Assembly: GCF_009914755.1 (NCBI RefSeq) | Contig: NC_060926.1 | DNA length: 64,000 nucleotides | Source: the human T2T-CHM13v2.0 reference genome, Homo sapiens | Strand: one strand, 5' to 3' | Shown here: positions 38,598 to 52,438 of the stretch, one piece after another | Numbering within the stretch: the stretch's first letter is position 1 | Layout of the letters: each line of letters starts with the position of its first letter | Position numbers and translations under genes: made by a program | Notes under the pieces: model-generated | Seen by the model: only the letters and a program-made list of their open reading frames with translations | Told to the model about the DNA's origin: nothing | Database searches by the model: none

Positions 38598-40170
38598 TAA
38601 AATTAAGTAAGAATATTTATTTTGTGATAAAAGGATAAATATGTTGGTTATTTAAGTCAAGAATCTAGACATTTCCGCCCAAAGGCATTCTATTGTAATT
38701 TTTTCATTCTAAGATGAAAAATAAAATATTAATCAAACTTTCACTATACTCTTTTATTATAGTTTAAAAATATAGCCACACTTCGTCCTTGCCTAGAGGA
38801 AGTATATTAACAAGTGTAACTTGCTTCAATTATAAATCAAAGCGAAATATCATACTGCACTGCAATGCTCATACCATTTTAGATTTAAGAATGAAACATA
38901 GATTAAAAGTTACACATTAATTAGCATAGAGAACATAGAAGGGGACACAGGGACGGTAGCTCTTTGCTAGAGAGTAATTTTGAACATCAATAAAAAAGAA
39001 ATAATATATTCATACAAATAATCATCTTCACATTGAAGTACCTTTGAGAATATATAAAGAGGCTATAGTACAAAATATTACAAATTAAGGCTACTCGAAA
39101 TTATACTGCCAAATATTAGGATGGGTTGTTCCTCTAAATATATGTTTGATGAAGCACAATTTTATAATAAAATGACACAATGTAATGCAATTTCCTGTCT
39201 TGATATAGTTCATCATATGAAAGACAATATAAAGTTTCTGCTTAACTTAGTCACCTTGTCTTCTCTATGATCTAGTCATAAATGTTTCCTATTCCTAACT
39301 TCTCTACCATTTCTGCCTTTTAGGCTAGGTGTTTTCACCAGCACCATGTAAGAGAGTGAAACACAGAATTAATTTTAAGTTGGCAGCAGAGATCTATACT
39401 GCCCACCACATAAATCCTGATGTGGAAACAGTCAGAAAGAATTCTGAATGCAGTGGATTCTGGGAATAGAAGGTTTTTATTTTATCTGTCCAGTAAATCT
39501 TTCATAAAATCAAGAAATTGGCTATAAGAGTACCTCGAAGTCTAGTAAATGGACCTATAGGTTAGATGCGTGCCTGCTAAACAACAGAGAACAGATAAGT
39601 TCCCTGAAGAGTAATTTTCCTCTAGGTTTTAGAGAGATTTTATCAAATACACAAGAAAAAAGACAGCAGAAACATAGTCAATTCCCATACCCTTTCTTTT
39701 CATCTGAGGATTAGTACAGAAAAAAATAATCAATATCAACTGCCCAAAGGGATAAGTGCTTCAGCAGAAAAGAAGACCACAGCTCAGACAACCCGGAAGA
39801 GGATATCTCTAAATACCTCTAAAGAATAATTAACTATAGGAGGCAGAAGACATGTATACACATGGTTTGGCACCTTCAAGAGGCTGCAACAAATGCACAG
39901 CCTCTGGAAAAGAAAGGTGAAAGGCATAAAAACAAAACAAAAACCTAAATGGAAAATAGCATAAGATGTCAAGAGTAGTTGAGGTAAAAGTAGAACCAAA
40001 TGAGATAAGAATATTTTAAAGAAAATTAAATTGCAACACAAATTAAAATGTAATGTTGAAGTATTATGACAGAGATAAATATAAAATATTATGTGCAAGA
40101 TAATTTGTAGGTATCTCCCTACTATAGTTGAAAATAAAGATGAACACAATCTTGTTAAAATAATATGAGG

Positions 40171-40499
<329 letters not shown>

Positions 40500-41291
40500 A
40501 AATAATATGAAAGAGAGAGATGGAATCCTGTCTAAATTGTCAGGTAATGTGATATTTCCTGGAAATAGGTGAACTAAAAAGAACAGGTCCCATTTTTTCT
40601 ATCACATCATAATATTGTTTAATTTGTGATTATAGGACAAAACGGTTTAATGTAAAATGCCAATAATGCACAAAAGTGTAAATTTTACACATGATATTTT
40701 CTGCTTAAGAAAATGCCTTATATACATTTCAGTCTACAAAGATAAATATGTGAGGATGATAGGTAGGTAAACAAATTGGCAGATCAATATAAGTTTCTGA
40801 TTACTGTTGGTACTTGTCATATTTTGACCAACCTTGTTCCTTACTTAGATTTGGGAAATTCTGATTTTACATCATACATCTCCAAGATAAATACCTTAGC
40901 TTAATTTGCACCCTCCATGATACCTAGAGCATAGGAATATGACCTGGAATTCTATGATGAGATTCTCATATGGGAGACATGGGAGAGATTGAATTAGAAG
41001 TGCATGACTGAGACTTCTGTTTTTTACTTCTGGTAATATTAGACTAGACAATCAAAGTCTGCTCTTTAAATTAGGATAACTGGGAAACCTGAACTATGTA
41101 TCTATGTGCTTGAGGGAATCATAGAGCTAAGAACATAATGAATATTTATGAGAAAATAAATGTTAGAGTGGTAAAATCTGGAATTGAGGAACTTATTTTT
41201 TCTGATTTCTGAAGGAGTAGGTAAATCGGAAACCTGAGACTTTGAGAACTGTAGAGAAAGAGAGGTAAAAATGCTACATCAGTGTACAGTA

Positions 41292-41860
41292 TGTATTAAG
41301 CAGGATTATAGCCACATTAAGATGCCCATGTTCTAATTCATGGAAATTGTAAATATGTTACCATACATGGAAAATGGATTTTGCAGATGTGATTAAGATT
41401 CAGGACCTTGAAACAGGAAGATTATTTTTGATTATCCAGATATGTTCAACCTAATCACAAGTCCTTAAAATCGAAAGAGAAAGGCAGAAGGGAGATCTGA
41501 GAAATGGCAGCATTTGAAGGACATGATGCTGTTTCTGGTCCTGAGGTGTTCAGTGCTACATTCAAGGACTGGAGAGAGATCTCCAGGAACTAAGGGCAGC
41601 CCTAGCTTACAAGCAGCAAAGAAACAAAGACCTCTATCCTACAATAACGTGAAACTAAATTCTGCCAATTCCTGAATGTGCAGGAAACAGATTCGGAGAA
41701 CCTACTGAAAAGAATGCAGCTCTGTCTACACCTTGATTTTAGATGGAAAAGACCTGTGTCAAACTTCTGACCTACGGAAACGTATGATAATAAATTTGTA
41801 TTGTTATAAGACAGTAGGTTATATTGCTGCTAATGTATTGGAGTATACAAAAATAGTACA
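41292..41860 (+). mobile_element. MLT1D/E-like MaLR LTR
   Basis: aaatatgttaccatacatggaaaatggattttgcagatgtgattaag...gattatccag...actaaattctgccaa...acaccttgattttag...aacttctgacctac...ataataaatttgtattgtt. Confidence 0.85.
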
Positions 41861-41899
41861 GTATTTAAGAAGATGCAAAATTGGTTCCATCACAATTGA

Positions 41900-42130
41900 C
41901 TAAAGGAGAGATGAACGTTGGTATGAGAGTCCAGAGGACAGCAGTCTAACTTATTCAGGGAAGACTGCGAATGGATTACAGGAGAAAGATGCTCTTTAGG
42001 TGGAGTTCTGAAGCATGAGGAGAACTTAATCTGACAAAAATGAGGGAGGGAATTTTACTCTAGGTAAAGAAGTTTTCATATGTAAAACACAGTAATAGCA
42101 TAGAAAGTGATGATAAATGCATCAGGGAAA
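41900..42130 (-). mobile_element. L2 fragment
   Basis: ggagaaagatgctctttaggtggagttctgaagcatgaggagaacttaatctgacaaa. Confidence 0.45.
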
Positions 42131-42581
42131 AATATTTAAACTAGGCAAAAGCTATACTATAAATAAATATTTAAATAGTTATTGTTTAAGTTTTAATGGC
42201 TGTGAGCATTCATTATGTCAAACTTCCATCAAAAAGATAAAAAAGAAATATTAAGACAATCATATTGAAGTAAGAGTATTTAAAAACTTCTCTGGATGAC
42301 TTTTCTGTCTATAGCCATGATGACATTTCTTATAGCAAATCGGCAGCCATGCCAAGAACAATGAAATGAACTGGATAAAAAAAGAAGCAAATATGTTTGA
42401 AGGTATACCAAATCTGCCCCTGAAGTCAGCATGGAAATGAAAGGTGGATCCTGAGGTAAGCACAAATTTGAGCATACTGTTTCTCATAAGACATCTGGTA
42501 ATTCTTCATTTGACATAGAGGCTCAGAAGAGAAACAGTAGGTGGATGCCAAAAGAAAAAAAAAAAGAACTTTCAATACTGG

Positions 42582-42999
42582 TGTCCTCGTTAATTTTGCA
42601 TTGCTAGAAAACAATACCCAAGGCTGAGAAACTTATAAAGAAAAAGGGTTTATCCATCTCATGTTTCTGCGGGCTGTACAAAAAGCATGGCACCAGCATC
42701 TGCAACTGCTGAGGGCCTCAGGCTGCATCCACTCATGGTGAGGACTAAAGGGGAGCTGGTGTGTGCAGAAATCACATGGCAGGAAAGGAAGCAAGAGATG
42801 GGGACGGTGTCAGATGCTTTTTAAACAACCTTGGGAACTAACAGAGCAAGAACTCACTCACTATGGTAAGAATGGCATCAAGCCCTTCATGAGAGATCTG
42901 ACTGCAGGACCAAAACACCTCCCCCTAGGTCCCACCTCCAACACTGGGGATCACATTTTGACATTAGGTTTGTATGGCACCAATATCCAAACTATAGCA
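42582..42999 (-). mobile_element. MSTB-like MaLR LTR
   Basis: ggctgtacaaaaagcatggcaccagcatctgc...gagggcctcaggctgcatccactcatgg...cccacctccaacactggggatcacattt...atccaaactatagca. Confidence 0.9.
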
Positions 43000-43502
43000 A
43001 CCAAAGAGACAAAAATTGGAGTTTATGAAATATGAAAATAGGATTTGAAGAGAGAGCAGTAAAATCAAAATTTGTGTGTGATTATCACCATTATTTATTG
43101 ATTAATTTGCACTGCATAAGAAGTTAAGAAGTCATGCAAGTTATACCTGAAAAGCACAACAGGCTTACAGATAGTCTCACAATTTTGGGAAGGTAAAAAT
43201 TTATTTCAAGAACCAACAGAGGAGAAAAGCTTCTGTAAATATTTGAGACGATCACATAGGATCCCTGTAGGCCTCTACCTTAGGGATGCATGAATCAGAA
43301 GTGGAACAAGCCTGAGAAATATTGCAAACCTTTCTGAAGTCAGCTCAGCCTCTGATTACTTTGAGGTGATGTATTATTCCTTGGCCTATAAAGGGAAAAA
43401 AAGAATAAAAAACAAACAAACAAAAAAACTCCATCTGTTTTCATACAAAAACATCTGTCATTTAATTAAAAATTTATAATGTGTAACAAAACCAGGAACC
43501 AT

Positions 43503-43568
43503 CATTATGCAATATATCCATGTAATAAACCTGTACATGTACCCCCTGAACCTATAAAAATAAATAAA
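43503..43568 (+). mobile_element. Very short L1MA/L1PB 3' tail
   Basis: ttatgcaatatatccatgtaataaacctgtacatgtaccccctgaacctataaaaataaa. Confidence 0.75.
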
Positions 43569-43569
43569 T

Positions 43570-46500
43570 GAAGTAAATCAGAATTCCCCCCAAAGAAGGA
43601 ACCAGAGAAAAAACATACATCCAACACACACTGTAGAAGAACCATATAGAAGCCAGATTTTGGAATGATCAGATCCATCCTTTACATTGCTGTAAGTAAT
43701 ATGTAGAAAAAATAGATGAATAAGATGGAGAATTGAACCAGAAGCTTAAATCCATAAAACAGAATCAAATAAAAATTCTGAAACTAAAAAACATAATTAC
43801 TGAAACAAAGTGGACAGTAGTTAGGTTTAATAGCAGATTGAACAAAGCTGGTGAGATTACAAAAGATTTGTCAGTATAAAAGAATCTTATAGAAGCAAGG
43901 TGAGTCAAAAGCATGTAAAACTAAGAAAAGAATACAGGAATGATATGGAATATGAAGAAGACTTCTAACGTAAGTATGATGGATTCCCAAAAGAACAGAG
44001 AAATAATTGAGAAAAAGCAGTAGTTGAGAAAATAAGAAATATATCAGGTTACAAATGAATAAGAGACAAAGGCTGGATTAATATATAAATTTACATTTTG
44101 GCACACAATACAAAAAACACTTAAAAGGAACTACAAGGAACAACTGGAGGAAAAAAATACATACTACAACTAAGATATCAAGACAGAAAGCTGACCTTGC
44201 AGGAGAATGAGAGAGTCCAAAAAAGGATAGAATGACATTAAGTTCTGACTTTCAGAGAAGCTAGACTTTTATATACAGTGAGATATTACCTATCCAAAAT
44301 GAAAGAAAGATATAGACATTTCCAGATTGTACATCCATGCCCCCAAAATTCAAAAGAAATTTTGTTAGTATACAATACCAGCATATTTATACTAAAGGAA
44401 ATTATAAATTAATTTATCCATAAATAAGAAATTATTGTGAACAGAAATAGGGAAAAGCAGATAGGAATGAAGAGAATTATGTGAAAATATATAAGTAAAT
44501 GACAATGAATAATAATGGTATACGATAAAAATAATGTCATATTCTGTCCAAACTGTATATAAAATTAAAATGAATAACATCAATAGTATAAAAGGCAGAA
44601 GAGAATTAAAATATTCTAATTTCCAGACATATTCAGGTAAAAGATAAATTATTAACATATATTAGTATCTGATAGCTCAGTGATGCTTGTTCTAAAGTAT
44701 TAAATACATACAAATGTCTAAGAGGCTAATACAGTAAAGATTAAATAATGCAAATACTAGATGCATAAGAGCAGAAAAGTGAAAAAATTCTATAAAACAA
44801 GTGAGACATCATAAATAATAAGATGGTAGGTACCAATAAAATATATCTGCAATTTTATTTATTACATATGTTTGAAATACTAAATAATCAAATGATATAA
44901 AAATAATAAATTATCACATCTTAATATACATTAAATATAAAGCACAGTATGTTTCAATGTAAAAGGTGTAAATGATGCTCCATGCCAACACAGACCAAAA
45001 GAAAGCATCTATACTTATTTTAACATTGGATAAAATAGATTTTAAATCAAAAGCATTACTAGAGATAAAGAGGAATATTTTATAATAATCAAAAATTGAC
45101 TCTACCAAGAAGATCTAATAACTTTTAACTCATGAACACCTAATATTACAGCTTCAAAATATGTAATGCAAAACTTGATGAATTTCTAAAAGGGGAAATA
45201 CAAAACTTCACAATTACAGTTGAGGACTTTAAAACTTTTTCCCCAAGTAGTTTTTAAAGCAAAACCAACAAGCAAACAAAAATCAAAATGCATATAGCTC
45301 TAATAAAGCTAAAAAAAATTCAGAAATGTGTTTATACCACCCAACAGTTTCTGGATGTTTCAGGTTTTCAAGTGCACATTGACCATAAACCAGCATTGAT
45401 CATACGGTGTGTCGTGGAACAAATCACAAATTTGGAAAGTTTTAAATCATACAGTGTTTGTGTATCCTCTTACCACAGTGAAATTCAAAACAGACCACAA
45501 ATGAAATATTTTTAAAAATAGATAAATATTAACTACTATAATCACAACTTTTGGGAAATTAAGCAATATTCTGTTATTCAAAAAAGGTATAACATGGAAA
45601 TTAGATAATATTTTTAAATAATAAAAATAGGAGATATCATACATCTGGGGCAATGCCGTTCTCAGAGGGAGTGTTATAATCTTAAAAGCATATATATCAA
45701 CAGATGTGGCAAAAACACTTAATAAATGCAATGTTCATCTACGGAAAAAAAATAACCCATGAGCAAAATGCCAACACAATGGAATGTTCTTAATCCAAAA
45801 AAGCATATTTTCCAAATAGCTCAATGCAAACATTGTATTTAATATCAACTGATCAAAGCTTTTAATAAATAATAAAATCATATGGTTTGCATCTGTGTCT
45901 CCACCCAAATCTTATGTTCAATTGTAATTCTCAAAGTTGCTGGTGGGAGGTGATTGAATCATGGGGAGTGAATTTCTTTCTTTGATACTATTCTCATGAT
46001 AGAGTTCTCAGGAGATCTAGTTGTTTAGAAGTGTGTGGCACCTCCTCCCTTCCTACCCTGCTTCCTCCTGCTCTAGCCATGTAAGATATGCCTGCTTCCC
46101 CTTCACCTTTCACCATGACTGAAAGTTTCCTGAGGCCTCCGCAGAAGCCATCATACTTACTGTACAGCCTGCAGAACTGTGAGCCAATTAAACCTCTTTT
46201 CTTTATAAATCATCCAGTCTTAAGTATTTCTTTGTAGCTATGTGAGAATGGACTAATACCTAAAACAATGAAAAATATATTATTATTTAAGATAATAAAG
46301 CTATTATTATTTGAAGATAACATTATTGTGTATGTAACATATCCAAAAATATCTGTAGCCTAATTATTAAGATCTAAAAATGTGAATTTATTAATCTTCT
46401 TATTTACAAAGACAAGACACAAAAAATCAATTTTATTTCTCTATACTAGCCGTAAACATTAGGAGATGCTGTAGAATAGTAACAATTAAACATAATAAAA

Positions 46501-48100
46501 TATTTTCAAATATGTAGGAATAAATTCAACAAAAGTGTACTTTTACAAAAATGCGTAATATTATCAAGAAAAAGTAATGAAATGGAGAGACACAACAGTT
46601 TAATGAATTGGAATTCTCAAGTTTGTAAAAAATTCATTTTTCCTACAAATTCATATATGGATTCAATTTAATCTCAAAATCTCATCAGAGTTTTGTATGT
46701 GTGTAGAATTTGACAAGATAACTTTAAAATATTGTGAAAATAAAAGGCCAAGAAAAATGAAGACAGTCCTAAGAAGGAAGAATATATTTGGAGGAATTAT
46801 CCTTTCAGAATTCAAGACTTACTCTATTAAAGAACTTAAGAAATGAAGGCAGTGTGGTGTTGCAACAAAAACAATAAAACAATACAACCAAATGCTAAGT
46901 CTAAAAACAGACCAAGTACATATTATCACCTGGCTTTTGACAAAGTTTTTACTGCTATACAGTGAGGAGAAAATAAACAAACAAACAAACAAAAAGAGGC
47001 TGGCCTATCAGATGTCTGTATGGAGATAATGAATCTTGATTCCTACCTATCACTCTATACAGAAATTAATACCTGCTGGATTATAGATATAAATGAGATA
47101 GCTAAAAGTGATACCTCTTGAAGAAAAGAAAAAGAATAACATCATAACTATGGAGTAGGCAAGGTGTTCTTAAAAATAATAACCTCACCATAATTCATAT
47201 GATTAATTGTACTTCCTTAAAGTAAGAGCTTCTGTTTACTGAAAGAGAGTATCAAGAGGGTGAAAAGATAAGAGAAGACATTTGTAATGAATAAACCTGA
47301 GAAAGGCTTCATACCATCAATACATAAATAACTAAAAACCTTTAATCTTACAGATGACCAAACTATACACCAAAAAAATGGGCAGAATTCTTGAATGCTC
47401 ACTTCCCAAAAAAGTATTTAAATCAATACAGAAAATGTGAAAATGTGTCGAATACTAGTCAGCATGGAAATTAAAGTTATAAACATAATTATATATCACT
47501 GCACCCCCTGCTAGAATGGTTAAAATATGAGATTGTTATTATAAGTATTGATGAGAACGTGAATTGAGTACAAGGCTTATATAGCTTTGAAAATCTAGCA
47601 GTTTCTATTAAAGCTATACATGCATAATCTACAACTTAGCCATTTTAATTCTAGGTTATAATCAATAGAACTGAATATGCATTTTTGTAGTAATTACATT
47701 CAAAGTATTCATAACATTAGTATTCTCAATAACCAAAAGCTAAAAATAATACGAATGTAAATCAACAGTAGAACAGATGAATAGTATGTGCAATAAGGGT
47801 TAATAATACAATTATAGTATTATAGAAAAAAATGCAGATACAAAATAATGTATACTATGTTACTCCATTAATGTGAGGTGCAGAAATTGACAGAACTAAC
47901 ATGTTTAACATCAGAATGATAATCAACTTTTAGAGGATTGTGACTGAGGTAAGAGCAAACAGAGGAGCTTTTGTTGTGCTCTTCAAGCTTGGTCTCTTCA
48001 TCTAGATAGTGGTTTACACAGGTGTGCTCATCTAGCAGTAAACTTGGTGTTAGAAAACTTTTCTCTATATGTTATCCTTCCATTTAAATACATTTACATA
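43570..48100 (+). mobile_element. Old L1ME-like element (ORF1, deleted ORF2, 3' end), interrupted by MSTA
   Basis: ORF1-like gaatcaaataaaaattctgaaactaaaaaacataattactgaaa. EN-like agattttaaatcaaaagcattactagagataaagagg. 3' ORF2/UTR motifs through 48060. Confidence 0.8.
45878..46260 (+). mobile_element. MSTA-like MaLR solo LTR
   Basis: atatggtttgcatctgtgtctccacccaaatc...gtacagcctgcagaactgtgagccaattaaacc...ggactaatac. 5-bp TSD TAAAA at 45873-45877 and 46261-46265. Confidence 0.92.
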
Positions 48101-48789
48101 AGAGTATTTAATGTTTTGTTCATATAATTCCAGTAAAGAGTGTCAATCCTTTTTCCTCCAATTTTAATGTTTTAACACAGATTCTTGTACAGTGGATAAC
48201 TAAAAAACTGCAAAACAAAATGAAAAAAGTTAGAAAAGCAATAATTCTGGTTCTATTATTTAACTCGGTAATAAAAAGTATCTTTTAATTTCACTTGCAA
48301 GATAAATTTTACCACTCTGTTCTTTTGAAGAAGATGGAATTTTTAAAATAAGTTTGTTCTTATAACAGAAACTCCTCAAGGTGAATTATTTCAATACTGA
48401 GAGCAATATAGGCCATATATATTTTTTAATGTTATCTTCTTAGTTGCAAATTCTACTCTGGCAAGGTAAGACAAAATTACCTTAAATATTTAAGAAAAAT
48501 AAAAACAACAAACAATTTGGATAGTGAGGCACTTAGCAGAGGTACCTTAGAATGTATATGGCCGTAATTTGATATTTTTGCTTTTTTGTCTCATAGTGAT
48601 TACAATAATTAAAGCTTTCAGTTAAAAACTGCAAAAAGGGTAATTCAATATGATATCATGAGATACTCAATAAATTAGAGGTTGCAGCCAGGATTGAGAA
48701 ACCATCTTAAAAATGTATGAGATTGTCTAGATAATTTGTAATGATAAGACACCATCTCCTCTGCCTCTAAATTTGTTTGATAATGAACC

Positions 48790-49315
48790 TAGAAATGGCA
48801 GATATCTCTACTTCAAGATCTTGATTTCTATTTTCTTATTATATAACAAGAAGTGGAATTGCTGTCGTATCATAATTCTATTTTTTCCTTCCTTCCTTCC
48901 TTCCTTCTTCCTCCCTCCCTCCCTCCTTTCCTTCCTTCCTTCTCTCCCTCTCTGTCTCTTTTTCTTTCTTTCTTTCTTTCTTTTTTTTTCTTCTATACTG
49001 TTTTCCACAGTGGTTGCACCATGTTACATCCTCACCAAAAGTGTCAGTGTTCCAGTATCTTCACATCTTCACCAACACTTTTTTTTTTAATAATAGCCAT
49101 ACTACCAAGTGTAAGGTGACATCTCACTGTGGCTCTCATTTGCATTTCCTTGATGATTAGAGATGTTGAGTATCTTTTCATATACCTGCTGGGCATTTGT
49201 ATGCCTTCTTTAGGGAAATGTCTTTTCAAGTTACTTGCCCATTTTTCAATTGGCTATTTTGGTGTTTTGACTATTAAGTTGTAGAAATTCCTTATATATT
49301 TGAATACTGCCCCCT
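48790..49315 (-). mobile_element. L1 ORF2 C-terminal fragment
   Basis: Antisense ORF 49044-49229 ([24 protein letters not shown]...) is the L1 ORF2 C-terminus. Confidence 0.9.
48885..48992. repeat. Polypyrimidine microsatellite (TTCC)n/(CCCT)n/(TTTC)n
   Basis: Seen directly, inside the L1 fragment. Confidence 0.95.
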
Positions 49316-49319
49316 CATG

Positions 49320-49712
49320 TATGATTGAAGTATATGTACATATTATTAAATATGTACATATTTACATATAATTGTACATAATTTGTATAATAGTACACAA
49401 TTTATATATGTATGTAACAGTATTAAATATGACAGCATATTAATAATATTAAATATGTACATGTTTGCCTATAATTGTACATTTATATATAATTGTATTA
49501 AATATGACAGCATATCTAATATTTATCATTAAATATGTACATATTTATATAATTGTACTATTGATATATGTATAATGTCTATATTTAATATGTAGTAATA
49601 TCAACAATATTTTTATCAATAGTTAAATAATAAAATAATAATTTACTTAATAATTGTACATATTTATTGGTTATAGTGGGATATTTTGATGCATGTATAC
49701 AATGTGTAATGA
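49320..49712. repeat. AT-rich mosaic of short repeated modules ending in an L1MA 3' terminus (minus strand)
   Basis: Recurrent attaaatatgtaca and ataattgtaca. gtattaaatatgacagcatat at 49420-49440 and 49495-49515. The end gatattttgatgcatgtatacaatgtgtaatga is L1MA-like. Confidence 0.8.
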
Positions 49713-49778
49713 AACTGCAAAACAGAAAAATGAAAAACATGGGAAAGTTATTCAACTTTGTTTTCTTCACCCCATTTT

Positions 49779-50051
49779 CAGACTAAATTCTTTGTGTAAA
49801 AATTTTATCAGATCATTAAGGGCTTTTCCAATTGCTCTCTCTGATTTTTTTTTTCCCTGTCCCCACCTGGGTCTACCATCTTCCTTTTTCCCTACTATCT
49901 CTTATTTTTCACTTCCAGACTAAATTCTCTGTGTAAAAATTTTATCAGATCATTAAGGGCTTTTCCAATTGCTCTCTCTGATGTTATTTCCCCTGTCCCC
50001 ACCTGCGTCTACCATCTTCCTTTTTCCCTACTATCTTTTATTTTTCACTTC
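49779..50051. repeat. Tandem duplication, 2 x ~137 bp
   Basis: cagactaaattc...tttttcacttc at 49779-49915 and 49916-50051, with only a few substitutions. Confidence 0.97.
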
Positions 50052-50218
50052 CTACTATTTTGCGTTATTTCTTTAACTCTCCTCCTTTGTCTCTGCTCTT
50101 TATTTTTTTTTCTTTTTTACAAAAAAAAGATTTTTTCTTAAGTGCTAGGTGTTTTTAATGAAATAAAGAGTAAGTCTTAACATCTTCCAAAACAGTTTTT
50201 GAGTTAGTGGATGAAAGA

Positions 50219-50372
50219 AAGACACTAACAATACAAAAGTTACACAATTTCATAAGATGTGATTCAATACAATTTCATAAGACGTGATTCAATACAAAGG
50301 GAACAGGGAAGACACTAACAATACAAAAGTTATACAAGTTCAGAAGACATGATTCAATACAAAGGGAAGGGG
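50219..50372. repeat. Nested tandem duplication (65-bp unit x2, with an internal 25-bp re-duplication)
   Basis: aagacactaacaatacaaaagtta at 50219 and 50309. aatttcataagaYgtgattcaatac at 50246 and 50271. Confidence 0.93.
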
Positions 50373-50844
50373 AGACTAGCTGCAAAATTTGGAAAACGTG
50401 TGGTGTGGAGACATAGCAGTTGCAGTGCTAGGAGGATGCATGTATCCCGCAGCTTAGCCCCAAAGAAGTGGGATTTAGAAGTGCCATTTTATATATGCAC
50501 CAAAGAAGGACTATCTCTTACAAATGACTTAACCATTTTCTCAGAGACTGAATTGACTGCCAGAATGGTTGTCTATTCTTTTATTCCTTTTACAGAAAAT
50601 AACGGATTTCTAAGAGAACAACCCTCTTGTGAAGCCAGAGCAAGGCAGGGTCTCCCTATAATTGTGCCTCACAAGAAAGCCAAATTTTAGTGAGTGTGGC
50701 CTCAGAGCAAGGAGATAGAGACATTGCCCATCACAGAGACAATGGCCAGGATACGCTTCACCCTGGCCAGGGCCTGGGTACCACCATTGCCAAGATCTAG
50801 CTTTTTGTGTTTCTGTAATCTGTGTTCCAGGACACCATTTCCTG

Positions 50845-50965
50845 GCATTGTGGGACATGGATCCATTTGAAAGTCTGATAGAAGGTGTGGAGTCTATCCC
50901 TAGAAAATACATACATAAAAACATGGTTTTGGCTTATAAATTTTTGAATTATATGAGCCCCTTAC
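50845..50965. mobile_element. Possible MER103/Charlie-type hAT fragment
   Basis: catggatccatttgaaagtctgatagaaggtgtggagtctatccctagaaaatacatacata. Confidence 0.45.
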
Positions 50966-51530
50966 TATGAAGATACATGTGGTTATATGTTAATACAAAC
51001 ACTGCAAAGTAAATGCTATTGTTTTCTTTCTTTTTTCCAGAGGACTATCAAAATTTATTAAGTTCCATGTTCCACAAAACTAGAATTATAATCTATAGCT
51101 AGATTACTGTGATTCAGTAGAGAAGATACAGGAAGGACACTATAGCAGTGGAAAACTGGTGATAGAGGTATTAAACTTAGAGTTAATTTACATGGTCCAG
51201 GTAAAACATAATTAGAGCCTAATGAGGCACCAGAAGAGGAGAAAGAATGAGTGATTTAACAGATTAATCTATGGACGATTTAGCTGTATTAGAAAACTTA
51301 TGAGAAGTGTGAAGTGAGTCCATCTCTCAGAAATACAAATGGGCTTTAATAAAAATAATAATTTAAATATTTTTTTCAAAAATATTTTTTATTAAAGCAT
51401 TCTGAGTGTTTACTTTGTCAGTCTGTATTTATGACCCTGTAAGACAGTGCTGGATTATTTCTTTGAGAAAGATCTCAATATAATCCACTTTTTCCTGGCA
51501 TAATTATAAGGCTTGTGTGCAGACAACCTA

Positions 51531-51747
<217 letters not shown>

Positions 51748-52438
51748 GTGTTATTATTCATTAATTACTATAAATACCTTATGGCTTGGTACCTGTCATT
51801 TCTGTGTAGTAGAATTACACGTGACTTGTGATTTCTGATTTTTATTGCCTCGAGTCCCCAAGTTTATAAAATAGGCACACATAAACTTGTAGTTTAGTTG
51901 AACTTTTTGTTTGTTTAAATTTTACTACTACACTTAAGGCAAAGTGACGGATCCCTAAAGGTAAAATTTAAAATGTTCAAGGTGCTTTTTGGAATGTAAT
52001 GCTATCACCACACTCTCTTGTATGATTTGCTGAATTCACTTCCAAAGGCATTCGGGATTTTCATGCTGGCTCCTCAGCAGCAGAAGTCCTCAAACAGGCC
52101 TTCAGAATTGACCATGTAACTTTAAAATAAATTCAAAATCACTCTTAAATCATCTTCTCACTGTGCTCCTCTGTATTTATTGTCAAAATTGATCACTCCT
52201 ATCCACCATTTCTTCAAAGGTTCTACTCCCTGGTTTTCCAACACGTAATTTTTCTTTATTCCAATCTTAACTGTTTCACCGTCTCTAATCATTTTTTACA
52301 CTGACTTCTTTCCCTCTATCTGCTGGTTAAAAGTTATTATTTCCTGGCCTTGTGAATTTAAACTTTTCTCACATTAAACTGCCTCCAGTTCTACTTGAGG
52401 TTTTCTGTCTACACCAGTTGAGTTAGTGCCTCTAATGG

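Noticed and set aside
50219-50372. Repeat-spacer look resembling a CRISPR array (also the LTR12 repeats at 38403-38560)
   Set aside because: Primate DNA with no cas genes and no unique equal-length spacers; explained by tandem duplication and by LTR12 structure.
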